A DNA stretch of 36,371 nt from an uncultured Candidatus Saccharibacteria bacterium (lineage in GTDB: Bacteria > Patescibacteriota > Minisyncoccia > Phycocordibacterales > CALRHW01), in contig CAYMIL010000001.1 of the NCBI GenBank assembly GCA_964390845.1, positions 254,345-290,715 of the forward strand, written 5' to 3'. Every line of letters starts with the position of its first letter. Position 1 is the first letter of the stretch. Under the pieces are notes generated by a model. It ran no database searches and was not told the DNA's origin. It saw nothing but the letters and a program-made list of their open reading frames with translations. Shown here one piece after another: positions 24,650 through 33,387 of the stretch. A program made the position numbers and the translations under genes.

Positions 24650-25671
24650 AGAGATGATGCGTGTGGCATATGTAGTTTTATAAACTCATGAGCAATATCG
24701 TCCCACGTATGCACAAAAGAAAATTGCTGTAACGCATGGAGCTGTTTCTCATATACCTCAGGAGAAGAAAGTGCAAGAATTTTTTCTGTGATATCTGACA
24801 CACTGCACGGATCTACATACAATGCTGTATCGCCAATTCTATCCGTAAGTCCATTTTCTTTCGTGAGAACAAAAGGCTTGTTGCAACGAATTGCATCGAG
24901 AATCATATTGGGGCTTATATCTCCAAACGACACGAGAATGACGGCATACGACTCCTGAATTTTTTTCAAAAAGTTCTCGTGGGGTACATTGGAAAAATCT
25001 ACATCAATACTCGGGTCAACTGCGCGCGCCATCTCAATAGCCTGCTTCAACATATCATGATTTTTTAAAAACAACCTTCGTGCAGTTGCAACAAAAACCT
25101 TCCGCTCATTTTGAACAGGACGATACTCTATCTTGGGGCCATAAAAATTCTCAATAATAGAGACCTTCCTCATATCCAAACGATATGGTGCACGGAAAAT
25201 ATCTCTCTGCCACGCAGTACTAAACACGATTGCATCGACCATCGAAAACATCTGACGTGTCAGAAAGAAAATGATGCGCTCCTTAAGCGAAAAACGCGAC
25301 ATGTGAGCAGGTATATAAAACTCCCGCAAGAGCACTGGCTCACGCATACGTTCTACATATTGCTCCCAGATAAAATCTCCTCCCACTCGCACAATTATTT
25401 TTTTACCCAAAAGTCGGCACGCCCACGCAGATGGAACACCTACAGAAAATGTATCGAGTGCAATCGTCATATCGACACCACGAAGAGTGACAAGGGTTCT
25501 GAAAAAAAAGAGTACGTGCCGAAAAAAAACTGGAATCTTGCGCTCTACCCCGTATGTCAGCACGGAGACACTGTCGCCTCGACGTCTAAATGCCTGCTCT
25601 AGACCAACAGCATACTGAGCTGGACCACCAAGATGTGGCGGGTAAATCCCCGTACATATGAGAATCTTCAT
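24646..25671 (-). CDS. Glycosyltransferase-like protein (GT-B fold, divergent)
   Basis: 341 aa. N-terminus MKILICTGIYPPHLGGPAQY is typical of GT4/GT1 N-domains. The C-domain is divergent. Confidence 0.55.
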   Translation of the reverse strand: MKILICTGIYPPHLGGPAQYAVGLEQAFRRRGDSVSVLTYGVERKIPVFFRHVLFFFRTLVTLRGVDMTIALDTFSVGVPSAWACRLLGKKIIVRVGGDFIWEQYVERMREPVLLREFYIPAHMSRFSLKERIIFFLTRQMFSMVDAIVFSTAWQRDIFRAPYRLDMRKVSIIENFYGPKIEYRPVQNERKVFVATARRLFLKNHDMLKQAIEMARAVDPSIDVDFSNVPHENFLKKIQESYAVILVSFGDISPNMILDAIRCNKPFVLTKENGLTDRIGDTALYVDPCSVSDITEKILALSSPEVYEKQLHALQQFSFVHTWDDIAHEFIKLHMPHASSL

Positions 25672-25684
25672 ACCGTATACCCTA

Positions 25685-26857
25685 TCACGAAAAGACCTTT
25701 TGGTGCATAGCCTTAGCTACCCCCTCCCAGTCGTAGTGTTCCGCAACAAGACGTTTTGCGTTGCGCGTAATCGCCGCACGTAGCTCATCACTGTCTATAA
25801 TCTTATTGACGCTCACGGCAATACTTTCTGGATCATTGACCTTGCAAAAAACACCTGTCACTCGATCCGTGAGAAAATCAGGAATACCACCAACAGGTGT
25901 GGCGATGACAGGAATACCTGCGGCCATTGCTTCAATAAATGAATTGCCCATACCCTCAGACAATGACGGACGAATAAATATATCTGAAATTTTCAAGAAA
26001 CGAGGAACGTCTTTGTACTCGACAGAGCCAATAAAGTGTACCCTCTCTGCCACACCAAGCCCCTGCGCGAGTTCTTTGAGCTCGCGCTCCCGTGGTCCAG
26101 GACCAATAACCAGAAACCGAACGTGGTTTGGCAACAATGTTAGCGCGCGTATAACATCGGCAATTCCATTTTTTTCAACAAGCCGAGATACTGTGACTAA
26201 AAAAATGTCCCCGGGCTGTTTATGAAACTCCCACCGCAACGTACCAAGCTCTTGTTCGCTGTACTCACGAGCAAACGCTTCAACATCAACACCGTTTGGA
26301 ATCACCTCAACCACGCCCGTATACCCCATCTGCCGCGCAAAGTGTGCGAGATATCGCGAAATCGCCTGCACTTTTGATGCTGTCTTAAAAATACGACGGT
26401 ATAGCGGATACACCGCGCGAATTCTCCAGCGCTTTGTAATGTGTGCGACGGTATCACCTTCTTGCAGTGTCAATAACATCGGCAACGAGGTGAACAGACG
26501 CAGTAGCAAGGCAGGAAATCCCATGTACGACATCATCGCCCAGACAGCATGATATGGCCGAGCTCGATGCAATACAATACCTTTATACAATGCCATGAGC
26601 GGAAATAATACTTTATTAAGGTACATTGGAAACGAGACCAGATCCTCCATCGTTGGATTGTTCATGGAAAAACCGATACGATGCACTGTTACATTGCCCA
26701 CCTTCTCCACGCGAGGAAGACTCCTGTCGTAGCGCAGTGTGACCATATCAAATTCAATATCGCCAGGCGATATTCTATCGGTAATTTCTTTTATGGCAAT
26801 TTCAGCACCACCGATAAACGGGTGGTACGAGAGTGAATATATGAGTATTCTTTTCAT
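25685..26857 (-). CDS. Glycosyltransferase, GT4 family
   Basis: 390 aa. YHPFIGGAEIAIKEI. SRLVEKNGI. IRPSLSEGMGNSFIEAMAAGIPVIATPVGGIPD. Confidence 0.8.
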   Translation of the reverse strand: MKRILIYSLSYHPFIGGAEIAIKEITDRISPGDIEFDMVTLRYDRSLPRVEKVGNVTVHRIGFSMNNPTMEDLVSFPMYLNKVLFPLMALYKGIVLHRARPYHAVWAMMSYMGFPALLLRLFTSLPMLLTLQEGDTVAHITKRWRIRAVYPLYRRIFKTASKVQAISRYLAHFARQMGYTGVVEVIPNGVDVEAFAREYSEQELGTLRWEFHKQPGDIFLVTVSRLVEKNGIADVIRALTLLPNHVRFLVIGPGPRERELKELAQGLGVAERVHFIGSVEYKDVPRFLKISDIFIRPSLSEGMGNSFIEAMAAGIPVIATPVGGIPDFLTDRVTGVFCKVNDPESIAVSVNKIIDSDELRAAITRNAKRLVAEHYDWEGVAKAMHQKVFS

Positions 26858-26865
26858 GAGCAGTC

Positions 26866-28569
26866 TTACTGTGATATATCGAGTACTTTTCTAAGGACAT
26901 CTTCCGGAACTTCTTTAGGTTGCGCAGGCGCGCGCTCCTCTTTTTTCTCAGGAGCTATCTTTTCGGGTGCTGGCTCTACTGGTTTTTGTATAACCGATGC
27001 GAGCGCTTGTTTGAGACTCGAAATGTTTTCTGGTGTTGGCACTTTTTTATCAACGGGCTTTTTCTCTTTCTTTTTCAAATGTTCAAGCGATACTGTCTGT
27101 GGTGGCGCAGGCTCTTTTATCTCAATTTTCCCATCAGGAGCAACGTGAAGATGTTTGAACGGATTCTCCTGCTGAGGCATCTCTGGTGTCGGCGGAGCTT
27201 TTTCTCGCCTCTGCTCCGAGTGACGAGCTTGCTCAGGAGAACGAGGTTGCTGTTTTGTAGACTGCTTCTGCGGTGATGCGGAAATAGGCTCGTGCCATTT
27301 AAAGATATCGTCCTCCACTTCTTTGCGTGGACGCGCAAAGACACGTCGAGAATGTTCAATAATCTGCTCACGAAACAGCTGTTCAGGTTTTGCGATTGGC
27401 GGCAAACCTGTCGCCGAAAATGGTGGTGAGGTAACACCGTCGATCATGAGCTTCAGATAAATCTGATACATGCCGAGATTGACCAGATCCTCTGCAGTAA
27501 ACACCGGCATAAACTCTTTCTCAAACACTTCTGCATCATAGGCACCAACACGGAAAACAATCATTGTGCCGACGTTACCAAAGACAGCGGCTCGCACCTC
27601 CTCCGACATTTGTTCGATGTATTGGTGGGCGACCGTCAAATTGAGCTTGTACTTTCGAGCCTCAGAAAGAATATCAGCAAACGACTCGTTGGCAAAGTTT
27701 TGAAATTCATCCACAAAAAGATAAAACTGTGGGAGTTTGTTGAGCTCAGCCTCAGAAGCATCGGCGCGTGACATCGCCGCAAGGTAGATTTTTGTAATGA
27801 GCATACTTCCCAGAAGGTTTGCATTTGCCTCACCTACTCGCCCCTTGGAGAGATTGACGATGATAATCTTGCGCTCGTCCATTGCCTTGCGGATATCAAA
27901 TGTCGATTTTGGCTGGCCGATAATGTTGCGCACGAGAGGATTCGACACAAACTGACCAATTTTGTTTTGAATAGCCGCACCCGCCTCTTGCATATAACGC
28001 TCTCCGTACTTATTAAACTCATCAATCCAAAAGGCTTTCACAGATGGATCAGACACATTGTCGACTACTTTATTTCTATACTCTTTGTCGGCAAGCATTC
28101 TGTTGACACCGAGGAGTGTTGAGTCTGGATACTCAAGCAGAGCAAGGAGGATATTGTTGAGAATATACTCCATACGAGCCGACCATGCATCGACCCAAAT
28201 CTTTTTAAACGCACTCATGAGGCCGTTGGCAACAAGATGGCGCTTGTTGGGACCAACGTCCTCCATCACGTTAAATGATATTGGGAAATCTGTATCAAAC
28301 GGAGCGAAGTAGATAACGTCTTGTATGCGGTGTTCTGGCACATACTCAAGAAGCAAATCAGCGGTCTTGCCGTGTGGGTCGATAAATGCCATACCTTCCC
28401 CATTCTTAATATCTTGCACCGCCATGTTTTCAAGCAAGGTAGATTTTCCCATGCCTGTTTTTCCAATGACGTACACATGACGCGAGCGGTCTTTCGCTTT
28501 TATACCAAAGGAGACTTTCTGATTTCGGGAATCGGTTTGCCCAAAATATGTGATTGCGTTCGGGTTCAT
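26866..28569 (-). CDS. TraD/VirD4-like (coupling-protein-type) P-loop ATPase, soluble, with a ~150-aa disordered K/P/E-rich tail
   Basis: The track starts at GTG 28587; the first ATG is 28569 (MNPNAITYFG). Walker A IGKTGMGKSTL. Walker B FYLFVDEFQNF. LTVAHQYIEQM. No TM helix. An extended -10 TGaTATACT lies 18 nt upstream of ATG 28569. Confidence 0.65.
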   Translation of the reverse strand: MNPNAITYFGQTDSRNQKVSFGIKAKDRSRHVYVIGKTGMGKSTLLENMAVQDIKNGEGMAFIDPHGKTADLLLEYVPEHRIQDVIYFAPFDTDFPISFNVMEDVGPNKRHLVANGLMSAFKKIWVDAWSARMEYILNNILLALLEYPDSTLLGVNRMLADKEYRNKVVDNVSDPSVKAFWIDEFNKYGERYMQEAGAAIQNKIGQFVSNPLVRNIIGQPKSTFDIRKAMDERKIIIVNLSKGRVGEANANLLGSMLITKIYLAAMSRADASEAELNKLPQFYLFVDEFQNFANESFADILSEARKYKLNLTVAHQYIEQMSEEVRAAVFGNVGTMIVFRVGAYDAEVFEKEFMPVFTAEDLVNLGMYQIYLKLMIDGVTSPPFSATGLPPIAKPEQLFREQIIEHSRRVFARPRKEVEDDIFKWHEPISASPQKQSTKQQPRSPEQARHSEQRREKAPPTPEMPQQENPFKHLHVAPDGKIEIKEPAPPQTVSLEHLKKKEKKPVDKKVPTPENISSLKQALASVIQKPVEPAPEKIAPEKKEERAPAQPKEVPEDVLRKVLDISQ

Positions 28570-28614
28570 ACGCGTAGAACTAGACACAGTATATCACACA
28601 GACGAAGTCCGCAT

Positions 28615-29859
28615 CTATTCTGCCTTCAGTGCACCAATAGTATATTTGTTACTTGGACTCCAGATCATCCACGAATCAACACCCGCATCATAGCTCGCCT
28701 GAATCTGAGCTTGTATTTCGGGTATATCATAATTACCACCATAATCAAAATCCTGAATCCATGTGCGGAGTTTGTGCGCAGAGCCACCTGTATACCAAGA
28801 CGGAAGTGGTGGTAGTGGAGGCGTTGACGTACTCACCGCTTCTTGTACTCCGATGCGCGCATCAAGCGCATTCGCACGCTCTACAGCGCGCTCCATCGAC
28901 ATGTGCACAATCTCATAAATATGATTGTTTGGATTTGCCCACCCATTGAAATTTTTCGGATAGTGAGATGGGTACACCATTGGAGCAATGTAATCAAAAT
29001 ACGGCAATGCCCGCTCAAGCACCTGGCCAATGTTGAGGTCATCTGTATTAGTGGTTGTCATACCAAACAAATCTGCAGAAGTAACGAGGCCTGTGTCTTT
29101 GAGTTTGTCATGAAGGTATGCAAAAAACTCTTCAAGTGCCTGTGGTTTTGTTTTGCCAATAGAATGAGCATAAAGCACATCATCCATATTTCCATCCGAA
29201 GGAAATCTGATATAGTCAAAATTAACCTCATCAAAGCCGACGTTGTATGCCTCATGCGCAATCGCCACGACATAGTCCCAATATTCACGCGCACCCACTT
29301 CAATAAAACTCAAACCTTTAAAGTCTTTCCATACCGTACCAGTCGACTTGCTCTGCACGCCCCAGTCTGGACGCTTCTTTACCATAAATGGATCCTGAAA
29401 AACTGTTACGCGGCCTATCACATATATACCCTTATCGTGGAGTGTTTGAATAAACTCACGCATATCAGATGTCCCACACTGATCTGAAATCGCGGCAGTG
29501 AGTTGTGGGTCTGTTACATCAAACGAAAGTTTCCCCGTGTAATCTTTTATATCAATAACAATTGCATTTACTTCTGTATCGTCTGCAATCTTCACGAGTT
29601 TTTCTCGAAATGATTTTGTACCGACAACACACTGACTCATATAAATTGCTTTGAGAGGATCTGGTGTTGGCAAATGCACCACGGGTGGCAACGCGGATAC
29701 ATCTGCCACATCTGCGCGTGCGGCAATAGGTGCCGCCGTATTTACATCCACATCATACTTTGTCGCAAAAAAACGTGGCGATGCGACAGACACGACAACC
29801 AAAAGACTACAGACTATTGCAATGCCGCCATACTTTTGTATCTCTGGAGTTACCGCCAT
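28615..29859 (-). CDS. Membrane-anchored putative glycoside hydrolase (TIM-barrel, DUF4015-like)
   Basis: 414 aa with an N-terminal anchor. IVIDIKDYTGKLSFD, GRVTVFQDP and DEVNFDYIRFPSDG resemble the putative glycosyl hydrolase domain family I know as DUF4015. Confidence 0.5.
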   Translation of the reverse strand: MAVTPEIQKYGGIAIVCSLLVVVSVASPRFFATKYDVDVNTAAPIAARADVADVSALPPVVHLPTPDPLKAIYMSQCVVGTKSFREKLVKIADDTEVNAIVIDIKDYTGKLSFDVTDPQLTAAISDQCGTSDMREFIQTLHDKGIYVIGRVTVFQDPFMVKKRPDWGVQSKSTGTVWKDFKGLSFIEVGAREYWDYVVAIAHEAYNVGFDEVNFDYIRFPSDGNMDDVLYAHSIGKTKPQALEEFFAYLHDKLKDTGLVTSADLFGMTTTNTDDLNIGQVLERALPYFDYIAPMVYPSHYPKNFNGWANPNNHIYEIVHMSMERAVERANALDARIGVQEAVSTSTPPLPPLPSWYTGGSAHKLRTWIQDFDYGGNYDIPEIQAQIQASYDAGVDSWMIWSPSNKYTIGALKAE

Positions 29860-29862
29860 GTC

Positions 29863-30246
29863 CTAAGAAAGCTCTTGTTTGTTTTCCTCATTACTAGCCT
29901 CAACCGGCGCTTCAACAACCGCCTCACTCACAACGGGCTCTACCACTTCTTCAACCTCTTCTTGTGCAGGTGTATCCGCAACGGGCTCTTCAGCAACAGG
30001 CTCACTTTCCTCTACTGGCAACACAGACGGAGAACTTTCTACAAACGCCTCTGATGAGCGAGGTTTTTTTGTGCCAACACGTCGATGAATACGCTTGTGA
30101 CGCGCCATAAGAAATGACAGCGTAGAAATAGTGAGTCCGGATAGTACATAAATAATTTCTTCATACGGACTCGGGAATCCTCCGAATACAGCAATGAATG
30201 CAATCCAGATACCGAGTATGAGAATGAGTTGGTTCTTCGAAATCAT
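29863..30246 (-). CDS. Small two-TM membrane protein with an acidic E/V/P-rich C-terminal tail
   Basis: The track ORF runs to 30261, which would overlap the murC stop. ATG 30246 (MISKNQLILILGIWIAFIAVFGG) avoids the overlap. Tail: EESEPVAEEPVADTPAQEEVEEVVEPVVSEAVVEAPVEA. Confidence 0.5.
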   Translation of the reverse strand: MISKNQLILILGIWIAFIAVFGGFPSPYEEIIYVLSGLTISTLSFLMARHKRIHRRVGTKKPRSSEAFVESSPSVLPVEESEPVAEEPVADTPAQEEVEEVVEPVVSEAVVEAPVEASNEENKQELS

Positions 30247-30253
30247 GGACACA

Positions 30254-31528
30254 TTATACATATAAACGGAGTTTGTTAATATCCCCAGCGCCCATTGTAA
30301 TCACCACATGAGAAGAATCGAGCGCAGTCAATGTATCCACGCACGAAGCAATGTCTTCGGGAGCAGATACGGTCCCAGCATGAGCGGCTTGTATTTTATC
30401 GGCAAGTATCTGAGATGAGATTGTCGGGTCTGCAGGCTCACGAGCAGCGTAAATTGGCGCAATAATAACTTCGTCTGCCGCACCAAATGCCTGTGCAAAG
30501 TGTTCAAGGTGTTCTTTGGTTCTGCTATAGAGATGAGGTTGGAATACTACCGTAATGTGCTTGTCTGGGAAGAGTTCTCGCGCTCCACGAAGTGTTGCTT
30601 CAACTTCTGTTGGATGATGTCCGTAATCGTCGTAGACAAGCGCACCACCGCGAGTTGTGCCCTTATACTCAAAACGTCTCCATGTGCCGTTGAATGAGCG
30701 GAGAGATGCGCGCGCGACCTCGTCTGGAATACCGAGTATGCGCGCTACCGCAAGGGCCGCGCGCGCATTACTTCTGTTGTGCTCGCCAGGGACTCGAAGT
30801 CCGTCGGGTGCACCCTCTGTCATGTAATCACGCACACCCGCAACAACACCACCGAGCGCCGGTGCGGTACACTCTGCTGTACTGTCACACACAACAAAAC
30901 CCTGAGCGGGGACGCGTCGTGCAAGATCATTGAACGCTGACTGTATATCCGCAATATCTTTGTAATAGTCGAGGTGATCGTCATCAATATTTGTAACAAC
31001 AAGTATGTGCGGATAAAGCTGTAAAAACGATCGGCGATACTCGCATGCTTCAACAATAAAATACTTACTCTTCCCTGGCACAAAGTTGCTCTGTTGTTCT
31101 GAAAGCAAACTACCCACAATCACCGTTGGATCAAGGCCGGCATCGATACAGATTTTCGCAAGCATTGCTGTCGTTGTTGTTTTTCCATGCGTACCAGAAA
31201 TTGCAATTGTATATTTGTCCTGAGAAATTTTTCCGAGCATTTCTGGATACGATAACACCGGCACACCCAAAGTGCGCGCATGCTCGAGAAGGTGTGGCGC
31301 AAGTGTTGTCCATGCGATACTGTAGACAATCACATCAACGCCAGAAGGAATCACCGAAGGGTCGGTGCCGAGCGTTGTGTCGATACCCACAGCACGCAAC
31401 GCAGAAACCATTGGGAATTCTTCTAAGTCATTGCCAGTCACACGATTTCCTTCGTGGGCCAACATGCGCGCAAGTGCAGAGATGCCTATTCCGCCAATAC
31501 CGATACAGTGGATGTGTTGCATGGACAT
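30254..31528 (-). CDS. murC: UDP-N-acetylmuramate--L-alanine ligase
   Basis: 424 aa. IHCIGIGGIGISALARML. ISGTHGKTTTTAM. NIDDDHLDYY. The Mur ligase C-domain is present. Confidence 0.9.
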   Translation of the reverse strand: MSMQHIHCIGIGGIGISALARMLAHEGNRVTGNDLEEFPMVSALRAVGIDTTLGTDPSVIPSGVDVIVYSIAWTTLAPHLLEHARTLGVPVLSYPEMLGKISQDKYTIAISGTHGKTTTTAMLAKICIDAGLDPTVIVGSLLSEQQSNFVPGKSKYFIVEACEYRRSFLQLYPHILVVTNIDDDHLDYYKDIADIQSAFNDLARRVPAQGFVVCDSTAECTAPALGGVVAGVRDYMTEGAPDGLRVPGEHNRSNARAALAVARILGIPDEVARASLRSFNGTWRRFEYKGTTRGGALVYDDYGHHPTEVEATLRGARELFPDKHITVVFQPHLYSRTKEHLEHFAQAFGAADEVIIAPIYAAREPADPTISSQILADKIQAAHAGTVSAPEDIASCVDTLTALDSSHVVITMGAGDINKLRLYV

Positions 31529-31529
31529 A

Positions 31530-32903
31530 CTATACCACCTTCAGCCTCTTTACTGCCTTAGTAAATTGATCTCCCCTATCAAACTCGTTTTGAAACATAC
31601 CGAAGGATGCAAAACCAGGGCAAAACAAAATGGTGTCGCCAGGCCGAGCAAAAAAGAACGCTCGCGCAAGGGCCTCATCTACCCCACCAGCTTCAACCAC
31701 ATGAACATCCTCCAAGCTGTTGAGAAGCGGCTTTATCTTCTCAGACCCCGTTGTATTTTTCCCAGACAGCAATACAACGGTTGTAGCAAATTCTGGTATA
31801 CGCCTAACGACTGGTTCCATATCGAGATTTTTATCTGCACCACCCATGATGAGGACAATATTTTTCTCTCCACCCTGCTCACCACCAAGTGCAGTAAGTG
31901 CCGCGAGAAGTGAATCTGGCGTGGTAGACGTGGTGTCGTTATATATAGAAATTCCATTCACGGTTCGCACAAGCTCAAGCCGACCCTCGACACCTTCAAA
32001 AGAAGCGACCGCTTCTTCTACAACTTTTTCATCAATATCAAAGACGCTCGTCGCGGCGACAGCAAGGGCAATATTACGACGATTGTGCTCGCCCTTCAGC
32101 ACCGTCTGCCACGAACGCGGAATATCAAGCGGTACGACGCAATGACTCTTCAAATCTGGGTATCGTCGCTGAATATGCTGGAGTAAGTCTTTTGGAGCAA
32201 TAAGAAAATCCCTACCTGTTTGAGCAGAGAAAATGTTTGCCTTGTCCGCCCAATACGCATCGCGATCGTTGTTGTAGTAATTGAGATGATCGTCGAGAAA
32301 ATTTGTAAACACTGATACGTGCGGGCTTATATGAGCTTCACCAAAACCTTGCAACTGCCACGATGACAGCTCAAGCACTACAATATCTCCAGCTTTTACT
32401 TTCTTTAACAGCGGCAGTGTCGCCATGCCACGAATATTTCCCCCAAGCCATACCGCCCGCTTCCAAGACATCTCTCGACGCGCTGTCGTCAGTACGTGGT
32501 GAATAAGCATTGTTGTTGTTGTCTTACCACGCGTACCTGTAACCCCAACAATAGTTATGTCTGGAGCGCACTTAGCGAAAAGTGATTCGTCCATTTCAAC
32601 AGGAATACCCTGCGCACGCGCCTCTGCAATAAACATCGAATCTCGTGGCACGCCTGCGGCCTTAAGAATCATATCTCTGTCGCGAAAATCTTCGAGTCGA
32701 TGCTCTCCGAGTACATACGTGATACCTTTATACTTCTTGAGCTTTGCGAGAGTGGGTGCAAGCTCTTCCTTACTCTTCATATCGGTTACAATGAGCTTCG
32801 CGCCACACTCTGCCAAAAACGCAACATCAGCAAGACCTCGACCGAGCAGTCCGAGTCCCATCACTGTAATTCGTTTTCCTTTAAAAAAATCTTTGTACGT
32901 CAT
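31530..32903 (-). CDS. murD: UDP-N-acetylmuramoylalanine--D-glutamate ligase
   Basis: Start moved to ATG 32903 (MTYKDFFKGKRITVMGLGLLGRG), because the track start 32948 would overlap the pilin gene. VGVTGTRGKTTTT. TNFLDDHLNYY. Confidence 0.85.
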   Translation of the reverse strand: MTYKDFFKGKRITVMGLGLLGRGLADVAFLAECGAKLIVTDMKSKEELAPTLAKLKKYKGITYVLGEHRLEDFRDRDMILKAAGVPRDSMFIAEARAQGIPVEMDESLFAKCAPDITIVGVTGTRGKTTTTMLIHHVLTTARREMSWKRAVWLGGNIRGMATLPLLKKVKAGDIVVLELSSWQLQGFGEAHISPHVSVFTNFLDDHLNYYNNDRDAYWADKANIFSAQTGRDFLIAPKDLLQHIQRRYPDLKSHCVVPLDIPRSWQTVLKGEHNRRNIALAVAATSVFDIDEKVVEEAVASFEGVEGRLELVRTVNGISIYNDTTSTTPDSLLAALTALGGEQGGEKNIVLIMGGADKNLDMEPVVRRIPEFATTVVLLSGKNTTGSEKIKPLLNSLEDVHVVEAGGVDEALARAFFFARPGDTILFCPGFASFGMFQNEFDRGDQFTKAVKRLKVV

Positions 32904-32916
32904 TGATACCGCGTCG

Positions 32917-33357
32917 TTAATTACCGCATGATGATTCATTGAGATCACCGTCTGTTGAGGTTATTTTCGCCCAAAAACCCACATCCGATGAACTAAAACA
33001 CCTATAATCTCCTTCCCCAACTTTTAGATACACAACATACGAGGAAGAACCGTCATAACACCTAAAAAAAGTCCCCGTATCTGGAAAAGGAGTACCTCCT
33101 CCATACGTATCAGACATCGACTCAAGCCCACGCCGTATCTGAGTATCGTCTTGGCACATTCTTCCATAGGAGAAGTTGTCGTTGTAGTACTGTTCCAAAA
33201 GCGGACGGATAGTGGAAAAACTTTGCCTGATCGACACTTCTCGGGCGCGTGTCCGCGTATCAGAAAGCATGGCAAGCACGACAGAAGTCACAATCGCAAT
33301 GATGGCGATTACCACAAGAAGCTCTATAAGAGTAAAACCTCGACGAGACCCGCGCAT
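32917..33357 (-). CDS. Type IV pilin-like protein (prepilin N-terminal cleavage/methylation motif)
   Basis: ATG 33357 gives MRGSRRG|FTLIELLVVIAIIAIVTSVVLAML, a class III signal peptide followed by a G/FTLIE motif. Four Cys in the globular part. TATACT (33369-33364) lies 6 nt upstream of the ATG. Confidence 0.8.
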   Translation of the reverse strand: MRGSRRGFTLIELLVVIAIIAIVTSVVLAMLSDTRTRAREVSIRQSFSTIRPLLEQYYNDNFSYGRMCQDDTQIRRGLESMSDTYGGGTPFPDTGTFFRCYDGSSSYVVYLKVGEGDYRCFSSSDVGFWAKITSTDGDLNESSCGN

Positions 33358-33387
33358 ACAGACAGTATAGCGCAAAAGACGCCTCTA

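Noticed and set aside
32904-32948. Apparent overlap of murD with the pilin gene.
   Set aside because: It is resolved by using ATG 32903 for murD. That leaves ~10 residues before the GLGxxG Rossmann motif, as in characterised MurD proteins.
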